From the NCBI GenBank assembly GCA_963772835.1, contig CAVYYZ010000010.1, positions 1-26,007 on the forward strand: a stretch of 26,007 nt of DNA, read 5' to 3'. Made by a program: the position numbers and the translations under genes. Positions 1-7,427 of this stretch are shown in pieces. Within the stretch, counting starts at the first letter, position 1; each line of letters opens with the position of its first letter. Below the pieces are notes generated by a model. That model was not told the origin of the DNA. It searched no databases and saw only the letters and a list, made by a program, of their open reading frames with translations. The stretch is from an uncultured delta proteobacterium (GTDB lineage Bacteria; Desulfobacterota; Desulfuromonadia; Geobacterales; Pseudopelobacteraceae).

Positions 1-387
1 CGTGGGCGTGGGGAAGATGCTGTGGCCTTCGGTGTCGTTGTACAGACTGACATTGCCCGACACGACGGGGATGCCGAGCTGCCGGCACGCGTCCGCCAGG
101 CCCCGCGTGGCCTCCGCGAACTGCCACATGATCTCCGGCCGGGTGGGGTCGCCGAAGTTGAGGCAGTCGGTCAGCCCCAGCGGCTCGCCGCCCACGCAGG
201 CCACGTTGCGGGAGCACTCCGCCACCGCCAGCCGCGCGCCCTCGTAGGGGTCCAGGTACACCTGCCGGCCGTTGCAGTCGGTGGCCAGCGCCAGGCCCTT
301 CTTCCCCCGCTCCAGGCGCACCACCGCCGCGTCGCCCCGGCCCGGCAGCAGCACCCCGCCCAGCCGCACCTGGTAATAGTACTGCCG
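1..387 (-). CDS. purL: Internal fragment of phosphoribosylformylglycinamidine synthase subunit PurL (no start; runs off the window edge); probably foreign or chimeric
   Basis: Not in the ORF track. Manual minus-strand translation gives RQYYYQVRLGGVLLPGRGDAAVVRLERGKKGLALATDCNGRQVYLDPYEGARLAVAECSRNVACVGGEPLGLTDCLNFGDPTRPEIMWQFAEATRGLADACRQLGIPVVSGNVSLYNDTEGHSIFPTPT, which contains the PurL motifs DCLNFG and SGNVSLYN..PTP. Hand-counted GC is 265/360 (~74%) over 1-360. Confidence 0.88.
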
Positions 388-388
388 G

Positions 389-833
389 CGCGACAAAGCA
401 GTCGATCGGGCACGGTTTTGTCCGCTCGTGATGACGTATGCCGACGGAACTCAGGTCCACTTCAAGCCTGGCACCGAAAAGACAATCTTCCATGGCGAGA
501 AAGGGACGCTCTACCTGAGCCGGAATGATTACCGCGCCGAGCCGAAGGACTTGCTACCTCCGCCCGACCTGGCAGAGCAGGAGAAATGGAAAGGTAACGG
601 CCATGTCGCACGTCCACATTTGCAGAATTGGCTCGACGCGATGCAATCGGGTGGCTCGTAAATGCGCCTGTTGAGGTCGGCCATCGGACCGCGACGGTCT
701 GTCATCTAGCCAATATCACGCGGTAACTGGTAGGAAATTGCAGTGGGACCCCGGCGGCGAGCGTTTCATCAACGATGACGATGCAAACGCCAGGATCGAC
801 AGACCTCGCCGTAGCGGTTTCGAGCTCCCGTAG
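389..833 (+). pseudogene. C-terminal fragment of a Gfo/Idh/MocA-family oxidoreductase with frameshifts and a stop (likely read errors)
   Basis: ORF 428..661 (FHGEKGTLYLSR...HLQNWLDAM) continues after a shift at ~660 as NAPVEVGHRTATVCHLANITR. After a TAA at 724-726 and another shift it reads RKLQWDPGGERFINDDDANARIDRPRRSGFELP* (TAG 831-833). This tail is typical of Gfo/Idh/MocA proteins common in Planctomycetota and Bacteroidota. Confidence 0.68.
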
Positions 834-911
834 GGAATCTATTGTTGCTCGGTTGTCCCGACGAGATCTGAGGCAAAATCTCGTTCGGGACAAACGAGCA
901 ACAATGTACGA

Positions 912-1375
912 CTATCGCTCCAATTGACGAATTGTCTCGAGCGATTGTTGGTTCTTTTCATCTGACGGGTCGAGCTTGATGGCGATATCGAATTGTTTCG
1001 TGCATCGGCGACGCGGTTATCACCGAGGAATAACATTCCTAGCCGGTAATGTGCATCGTAATCCTTGCGGGTCCAGCTCGATGACTTGTTTTAAAGTGTC
1101 AATGCCTCGAACGATATCGCCGTTGCCAATGTAGGCCTCAGCGAGCAAGGTCAGCGTACCCGGATCTGCCGGGTAAAGCCTGTCTGTTTCTTCGAGCGAC
1201 TCAATCGCGAGCTCGAATTCTCCCAACATGAAATGTACCGAACCCAACGCGTAATAGGCGCGTGGGCGATTGGAATCGCGGCAGGCAATCACCGCTTGCA
1301 ATAGATAAGCTTTTTGGCTTCGCCCAATCGTTCTCGATCGGATAGCATCTCGCCATACGGCAAGTACGCCGCGGG
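912..1375 (-). pseudogene. C-terminal fragment of a tetratricopeptide-repeat protein, broken by several frameshifts
   Basis: Stitching frames gives YGEMLSDRERLGEAKKLI / RAYYALGSVHFMLGEFELAIESLEETDRLYPADPGTLTLLAEAYIGNGDIVRGIDTLKQVIELDP / DYDAHYRLGMLFLGDNRVADAR / QFDIAIKLDPSDEKNQQSLETIRQLER* (stop at 914-912). These are consecutive TPR-like units. Confidence 0.65.
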
Positions 1376-3893
1376 AAGTCGCCGATGCCGTGTTCGCCCC
1401 TGTCATACCTACTGTTACATCTGCCGCATAGCTGCTGTAGTTAAGTGTTGCCGTATTGACAGTGCCGGACACCACTCCGGTCGTACCCATGTTAAGTGTG
1501 CCGGCGCTGTTCATGTTGACGTTGCCGCCGATGTTTGTGCCCGTCCCCAGGGTGACGGTGCCGCCGACCGTCGTGACGTTTCCGGACACGCCGCCCATCG
1601 TCACCCCTGTCATATTCACCGAGGCCGCGCCGGAATCGTTTATGCTCTCGAATGAGGTCAGGCTTTTGCCGTTCGCTCTGAAGGTCCCTTTGCTCGTCGG
1701 ATCAAATGTATTGTACGTCCCTCCGCTGCCCGCCACGATGTCCGAAAAACCGCTGCCGTGTACCGTGGAAATTCCCGTCCAGCCGGCCATACCCGTGGAT
1801 GTGCCACCGAGACCAAATGTCACTGCACTGCCGTAGTTCGTATAATCCAGCGTGGCGCTGTTAACGGTGCCGGACACCACGCCTGCCGTGCCCATGTTCA
1901 ATGTTCCGGCGTTGTTCATCGCGATATTGCCAACGACATTTGTCCCTGTACCCAGGGTCACCGTGCCGCCATTCGTCGTGATGTTGCCCGTGACACTGGC
2001 ACCGGGTGCACTCAGGTCAAACACGCCTGCGCCGGTGTCGGTCAAGGTGCCAACCGAGCTGAATGATACTCCGGGAGAGGTAAGGCTACCAGAGTTGGAG
2101 CCTGTCAGGTTCCATGTTTCTCCGGCAGCCCTGATTGTACTGGCTGCACCGGCTCCTGTGACAACAACGGTCGGGCTGCCGGCAAAAACCGGTCCCTTAG
2201 TGAGGTCCAGCGTTGTTGCAAAATTGAGATTAAGTGCGCCTGCTCCCCGATACGTGCCCGCAAGATTGATACCGGCTGCCGACTGGAGAGTAAGTGAATT
2301 GCCGCTGAGCATAACGTCTACGGCCGGCAGAGATGTAATGCTTCCGGATGATGTTTGAACAGTGACGTTCGCAGGAGTTGCGAGCTGTGCGTTAATGGTG
2401 AAATCGGATATATTCGAGGGAATGGCGGTACTGTTGCTATCGATAAACGGAGCAACTCCAGGTATTGTGTCTGATGTGTCAGCGCTTGCATCAGCAGCAT
2501 GAATGATCGTGATGTCATCCGGATCGAGCAGCAGTGTACCTGTCTTGCCTTTCGCCGCTCCCAGGTTCGTAAGGCCCGCGTATGTCAAGGAATGTTTGCC
2601 GGATACCTCGGCATTACCGCCATACCCTCCCTGAACCCCGCCCTTTGCAGAGATGTTGCCATAAAAGCGCGTCGCATCATCCGACCACACCACCACTGTG
2701 CCGCCATCGCCGTTGACAAGCGCATCGGCCTTAATGGCGGCATTTCTATCCACATAGGTCATCGAGGCATTTCTCTCCGGTCCCGCCCCGTGGAAATTTC
2801 CGCCAATCAGCACCGTTCCGCCTCCGGCATCACCGGAGACATCCACTGTGGAACCGGCAAAAAGCCCAACCTTGTCGCCGACTACCGTAACCTTCCCGCC
2901 GGTTTCACCGGGTTTTTTGCCCGAGGCGTCCAGAGTTCCGCTGTTTGCCGTAATTCCGTGGTCGCCGCCGTCAAGAGTGATAATGCCATCTTTCTCGATT
3001 ATGGATTTTGCCTCGATGATCCCTTCATTGTTGACGATATTCTTCATGATGTCGCCGGCAACTCTGGCGGTCAGCAGTACCTGTCCGCCATTCGCAGTTA
3101 TCTGACCGGTATTGGTGACTCCGAGTGCAGCTGCCGCCACATCGCCGCTTACCGCTACATTGATGAGGCTGCCGTTATCGATGCTGAGCGTAATTGCGTC
3201 GCCGGAGGCGAGATGAACCGAGCCAAGGTTCGCTACTATTGAACCGGTATTTGTCACTGAGGGGGCGGCAAGAACAACATACCCGCCGTTTGCAGCCTGA
3301 ATATGTCCCTGATTGACGATCGACGCCTGAGAGTCCCGCGTGTTGGTGAAGTTGTATGCGCCGGACATGAAGTTTTCATTGGTGATATTCATGGTTGATG
3401 CGAGGAAGCTGCCGGTCTGGACCGTTGCGCCGGGGCCGACCAAGAGACCGTTGGGATTGATCACCCAAACCTGTCCGTTACCTGAGAGGAGGCCATAGAT
3501 ATACGAGGGGTCTACACCGGTAACCCTGTTTAACGCAATTGAACTGCTTCCCGGCTGAATATATTTTACCGACTCATTGGCTCCGATGCTGTAACCCTGC
3601 CAATTTATGATGACATTACCGGAGGTCTGGTTGATCTTCATGGTTGTGGAATTTGGTTGCGAAATGGTTGCCGACCCACCGGCAACGGAACCATTCTGCG
3701 GCAGGGCATGGGAGGGGGTGACTGCCAGAACGGACAAGAGTGTGAGTGCAGTTGCCAGCGTGCCGGCATGCAGTATTGCCGCTTTGAATGTACCTGGTAC
3801 ATGATCCACTACATCGAGCGGTATTGTGTGGTTTCGGATGATCTTCTTACATGTCAGTTTCAGTGCTTTTTGCCTCATAGTATGTTGTTTCAT
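1020..3893 (-). CDS. TpsA exoprotein (filamentous haemagglutinin/HMW1-like two-partner secretion passenger). The genuine part is about 1376..3893; the TPR-like C-terminal ~120 aa is probably chimeric and the real gene is truncated
   Basis: GGAGG RBS upstream of ATG 3893. Long signal peptide ending PSHA|LPQNGSVAGG. TPS domain with INWQGYSIG, LNRVTG and INPNG. The GGTVLIGG..GGNAEVSG..GTLLLDP block is followed by G/T/N/S-rich beta-helix repeats. It lies directly downstream of a TpsB gene. Confidence 0.88.
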   Translation of the reverse strand: MKQHTMRQKALKLTCKKIIRNHTIPLDVVDHVPGTFKAAILHAGTLATALTLLSVLAVTPSHALPQNGSVAGGSATISQPNSTTMKINQTSGNVIINWQGYSIGANESVKYIQPGSSSIALNRVTGVDPSYIYGLLSGNGQVWVINPNGLLVGPGATVQTGSFLASTMNITNENFMSGAYNFTNTRDSQASIVNQGHIQAANGGYVVLAAPSVTNTGSIVANLGSVHLASGDAITLSIDNGSLINVAVSGDVAAAALGVTNTGQITANGGQVLLTARVAGDIMKNIVNNEGIIEAKSIIEKDGIITLDGGDHGITANSGTLDASGKKPGETGGKVTVVGDKVGLFAGSTVDVSGDAGGGTVLIGGNFHGAGPERNASMTYVDRNAAIKADALVNGDGGTVVVWSDDATRFYGNISAKGGVQGGYGGNAEVSGKHSLTYAGLTNLGAAKGKTGTLLLDPDDITIIHAADASADTSDTIPGVAPFIDSNSTAIPSNISDFTINAQLATPANVTVQTSSGSITSLPAVDVMLSGNSLTLQSAAGINLAGTYRGAGALNLNFATTLDLTKGPVFAGSPTVVVTGAGAASTIRAAGETWNLTGSNSGSLTSPGVSFSSVGTLTDTGAGVFDLSAPGASVTGNITTNGGTVTLGTGTNVVGNIAMNNAGTLNMGTAGVVSGTVNSATLDYTNYGSAVTFGLGGTSTGMAGWTGISTVHGSGFSDIVAGSGGTYNTFDPTSKGTFRANGKSLTSFESINDSGAASVNMTGVTMGGVSGNVTTVGGTVTLGTGTNIGGNVNMNSAGTLNMGTTGVVSGTVNTATLNYSSYAADVTVGMTGANTASATSRGVLAVWRDAIRSRTIGRSQKAYLLQAVIACRDSNRPRAYYALGSVHFMLGEFELAIESLEETDRLYPADPGTLTLLAEAYIGNGDIVRGIDTLKQVIELDPQGLRCTLPARNVIPR
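1407..1995 (-). repeat. Two copies of an intragenic TpsA repeat, period 405 nt (135 aa)
   Basis: GNITTNGGTVTLGTGTNVVGNIAMNNAGTLNMGTAGVVSGTVNSATLDY versus GNVTTVGGTVTLGTGTNIGGNVNMNSAGTLNMGTTGVVSGTVNTATLNY. The DNA anchor CCCAGGGT occurs at 1951 and 1546. Confidence 0.8.
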
Positions 3894-3930
3894 GAGTTTC
3901 CTCCTGAATCACGCAGATACAATCATCATG

Positions 3931-5721
3931 TTAGAACGAAACCACCGCCTGAACATAAACCTGACTTTCATTCACATTGACACTTTTATAGCCGCCATGC
4001 GTGCTTGGTAGTGCCCACTCCAGCTTGAAGGTGAACATGTTGGCGCCATACAACCTCAAACCGGCTCCAATGCTTGACAGAGTGGAAGATGCGTTTTCAG
4101 AGGGGTGTGGAGTCGTGTTGGTTACTCCGCCGTAGTCGGTGAAAAGTGCAAACTGAATCGTGTCGCCGATCTTTTGGCTGAACAGCACTGTTTCAGGGAA
4201 AAAGGGTGATACGACAAGTTCAAGAGTGGTAACATAGCCGCTGTCTCCGCTTGTGGTGGCCGGATTGAACCCCCGTACCGAACCGACACCACCAAGCTGC
4301 ATTCGTTCCGCAGAAAACAAGCGATCTGGCGAATATTGGAAGTTTCCCTTTGCAATCAGATAATTATGGCCCGGAAGTTTTTGTATTCTCATGGCATCCA
4401 GGGTCAATTTATTGAACATGTCATCGGAACCGACGTGGCTGGGAGCCGGATTGGTCGCGCCGTCTTTCGTGCCGCCAAGAAATCCGCCCAGGCCTCTCAC
4501 ATATCCGAAACCGATATAATTCTTCCCGAGGAACCGGTCTGTTGATTCGTACGAGATGCCGGCAGTTAATTTTCGAATTTCATCCTTGTCCTGAGTACTC
4601 CCCAACAATGTGTCATGCAGAGAAACTGATTCGCCACCAAACTTCAGATTCAGGGATGTATCGAGTCTCTTCATTAGTGGATGGGTTACATATAAACCGA
4701 CTACCTGGGCTTTGCCGTTGAGTCCCACAACGGCAAGCGAATCGTTTCCACCAGCGGCATACACGGTATTGGAATAGTATGCTCCAATTTGTGTCCCATT
4801 TCCTCCTACCGGGACACGATATTCTGCACGTCCATACGAAAGCCTGTCCGGGTCAAAACTGTCCAGCCCGATAATTCCATTCAGCTTGACCAGATCGCCG
4901 CTTGTCAGGGCATTACCGAGGTCAAGTGCAGCGGACAGACGATTCTTGCTGGTTGATTTCACACCGAAGTTGTCATAGGAGAGAGAGCCGGACAGGGGGT
5001 ATTTATCGGATACCGTCGCGACAATATCCGTTGTTCCAAATTCTTTTCCTGCCTTAAGCGTCGTTTTTACCGATAAGCCAGGATACTCGTTCAGGAGGAG
5101 CAGCTCTCTTTCCAGGGTTTCCTCTTTCAGTGACGGATCAAGTCTGACATTTTCAAGGAATCTTTCAATGAAGGAACTGCGGTAATAATTATTCCCCGTT
5201 ACGGAGATAGTACCCACCCTGCCTTCAACTATCTTTATCATGACGGTTCCGAAAGCATTTACCGTGCGAAAGCCGGTATCCTTTTTTGTCAACACCGCTC
5301 CGTCATATATACTTTGCGACGGTACATACGCATTCACGAGAAGAAAACCTTTATCTCGATATCGTGCCGTAATAAAATCGGCCACGCTTATGATTTCATC
5401 CAACGTGAGAAATCTTCCTTCTCCAAGAGTAACGCCTGACAAGAGTTCTTTCTCGCTCATCAGGGTATTCCCTTCCAACCGGAATTTCTTAACAAATATT
5501 TTTTTGCCGATCTGAGGTTTTTCCATGACCGGTTTTTCTTTCTCCATTTCAATTACGGGCGGTGTCTTTTCATTGAACTGATGAATTTTATCTGTTTTTT
5601 CAAGCTGCTGGAGAACTCCGCCGGCCCCCTCCGTGGCACATGCCGTGCTGGCGGCTGATGAGAGTGCAAAAACCGATACTGTCAGCACAATCGTCTTGAA
5701 CCATGATTGCATATATTCCAT
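3931..5721 (-). CDS. TpsB outer-membrane transporter (ShlB/FhaC/HecB family)
   Basis: Signal peptide, POTRA motifs (FRLEGNT, ITARYRDKGF, ISVTGN), barrel start SYDNFG, loop-6 motif GGVGSVRGF and C-terminal Phe. A GGAGG RBS lies 6 nt before ATG 5721 (the ORF track starts at GTG 5724). Confidence 0.93.
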   Translation of the reverse strand: MEYMQSWFKTIVLTVSVFALSSAASTACATEGAGGVLQQLEKTDKIHQFNEKTPPVIEMEKEKPVMEKPQIGKKIFVKKFRLEGNTLMSEKELLSGVTLGEGRFLTLDEIISVADFITARYRDKGFLLVNAYVPSQSIYDGAVLTKKDTGFRTVNAFGTVMIKIVEGRVGTISVTGNNYYRSSFIERFLENVRLDPSLKEETLERELLLLNEYPGLSVKTTLKAGKEFGTTDIVATVSDKYPLSGSLSYDNFGVKSTSKNRLSAALDLGNALTSGDLVKLNGIIGLDSFDPDRLSYGRAEYRVPVGGNGTQIGAYYSNTVYAAGGNDSLAVVGLNGKAQVVGLYVTHPLMKRLDTSLNLKFGGESVSLHDTLLGSTQDKDEIRKLTAGISYESTDRFLGKNYIGFGYVRGLGGFLGGTKDGATNPAPSHVGSDDMFNKLTLDAMRIQKLPGHNYLIAKGNFQYSPDRLFSAERMQLGGVGSVRGFNPATTSGDSGYVTTLELVVSPFFPETVLFSQKIGDTIQFALFTDYGGVTNTTPHPSENASSTLSSIGAGLRLYGANMFTFKLEWALPSTHGGYKSVNVNESQVYVQAVVSF

Positions 5722-5789
5722 CACATGCCTCCTCTACATATCATCTGCCGCTCTGATCCTGGCCGGAGGCGGAAACAACAAACCGGGAT

Positions 5790-6263
5790 TTACCCTCTTT
5801 TCAGTGTCACCACTGCATGGGCGGAGATTCCTTCGCCCGAGCCGGTGAAGCCGAGCCCCTCTTCGGTGGTTGCCTTGATATTCACCTGCCCGACCGTACT
5901 CTTCAGTACTCGGGCAATATTCTCACGCATGGCCTGTATGTGGGGTGCCATCTTGGGAAGTTGGGCAATGATCGTGGCATCCAGATTGCCCAGTTCGTAG
6001 CCCCGTTCATCAGCCAGGGTCATAACATGAGCCAGAAGCTTCATACTGTCAGCCCCCTTGAAAGAAGGGTCCGTGTCCGGAAAATGCCTGCCGATGTCTC
6101 CTTCACCGAGAGAACCCAAAATAGCGTCCGAGATGGCGTGCAGCAGCACATCGGCATCTGAATGCCCCAGCAACCCCTTCTCATGGGGAATATCCACACC
6201 CCCCACGATCAGCTTTCTTCCTGTTACCAGACGATGGACGTCATAGCCGTGTCCTATGCGCAT
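5790..6263 (-). CDS. ispF: 2-C-methyl-D-erythritol 2,4-cyclodiphosphate synthase
   Basis: Motifs [34 protein letters not shown] and [14 protein letters not shown]. The GAAAGGG RBS spacing favours ATG 6263 over ATG 6269. Confidence 0.97.
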   Translation of the reverse strand: MRIGHGYDVHRLVTGRKLIVGGVDIPHEKGLLGHSDADVLLHAISDAILGSLGEGDIGRHFPDTDPSFKGADSMKLLAHVMTLADERGYELGNLDATIIAQLPKMAPHIQAMRENIARVLKSTVGQVNIKATTEEGLGFTGSGEGISAHAVVTLKRG

Positions 6264-6285
6264 TAGCATGCCCTTTCAGATAAAA

Positions 6286-6355
6286 AAATAACAGGGATAC
6301 CCAGGAAGGTCTGGATTGAAAATATCCGATGTATCCCGCTTATCCCTGTTTATTT
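6286..6355. repeat. Intergenic palindrome with 9-nt periodic arms; possible terminator or attenuator on the minus strand
   Basis: Perfect outer inverted repeat AACAGGGATA (6290-6299) / TATCCCTGTT (6341-6350). GGAW occurs at 6295, 6304 and 6313, mirrored by ATCC at 6324, 6333 and 6342. An A7 run at 6282-6288 gives a U-tract after the stem on the minus strand. Confidence 0.75.
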
Positions 6356-6400
6356 GTGATCTCATTCTGTACGTTAATCAGCTATTAATAAAGTTTCCGC

Positions 6401-7427
6401 TCATCCTTCAGCCTTCAGATCACGCGCCATCAGCTCAATAACCGCCTGCCGGGCCGGTTTGTCCTCGTGGAGGATCTGGAAGGTCTTCTCCACAATCGGC
6501 ATCTCGACTCCAAGACGACGAGCCAGCTGGTAGACCGATTCGGCGCTCTTGACCCCTTCTGCCACCATGCGCATCTCGGCCAGGATGTCCGCCAGTTTCA
6601 TCCCCTGACCGAGCTTGAACCCGACGGTACGATTGCGGGAGAGGTCGCCGGTGCAGGTCAGCACCAGGTCACCCATGCCGGCCAGACCGGCAAAGGTGGC
6701 AGCCTGCGCCCCCATCGCCTGGCCGAGGCGGTTCATTTCGGCCAGTCCCCGTGTAATCAGTGCGGCACGGGCGTTGTGCCCAAAGCCGAGACCGTCGCAG
6801 ATGCCGGCGGCTATGGCGATGACATTTTTGACCGCTCCGCCCAGTTCGACACCGATCACATCACCGTTGGTATAGACCCGCAGGCAGGGGCAGCTGAAGG
6901 CGGCCTGGACACGGTGCGAAGCATCGGCATTGCGGGAAGCAGCCACGATCAGCGAGGGAAGTTCCTGAGCCACTTCGCGGGCAAAGGTCGGGCCGGAGAG
7001 CGCAACATAGCGGGCCAGAGCAGCATCGCCGAGCAGTTCCCCGCAGATCTGGGACACCGTCTGCAGAGTTTCCAGTTCAATCCCCTTGGAAGCGTTGGCA
7101 ATAATTGCATCCGGTGCGAGGTACGGGGCAAGCTGCTTCAGCACGCCGCGCATGACCTGTACCGGCGTCACCAGCAGCACGATGCTGCGTCCGGCCACCG
7201 CCTCTTCCAGATCTCCGGTGCAGGCGAGAGTCGGATGCAGGTTGATGCCGGGAAGATAGAGCGAGTTGGTATGGCTGGCTATTAATCTCTGCCACCAGTT
7301 CCGGCTCATAGGCCCACAACACCGTGTCATTGCCGTTGGCCGCCAGCCGTCCCGCCAGAGCGGTTCCCCAGCTGCCTCCGCCGATTACGGCAATTCGGGC
7401 AACTTCAGTCGTCACATTATTCGTCAT
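6401..7427 (-). CDS. gpsA: NAD(P)H-dependent glycerol-3-phosphate dehydrogenase (one +1 frameshift near 7280, probably a sequencing error)
   Basis: The N-terminal IAVIGGGSWGTALA is in ORF 7077..7502. The rest (NSLYLPG, SKGIE, LSGPTFAREV, GGAVKNVIAIAAG, GMGDLVLTC, SRN) is in ORF 6401..7330. Removing one base in AAT-A-GCC restores EINASHTNSLYLPG. The start codon is uncertain (7415-7442). Confidence 0.93.

Noticed and set aside
2..528. ORFs 2..247, 22..528 and 171..413
   Set aside because: Shadow or alternative frames of the GC-rich purL fragment; 22..528 also crosses a probable chimeric junction.
1314..3980. Multiple plus-strand ORFs over tpsA
   Set aside because: Antisense shadows of a low-complexity G/T/N-rich gene, with no recognisable motifs.
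5735..5775. Hairpin upstream of tpsB as a possible cyclic-dinucleotide (GEMM) riboswitch or terminator
   Set aside because: The spacer is too short, lacks the GEMM-I hallmark sequences, and has no U-tract after the stem on the sense strand.
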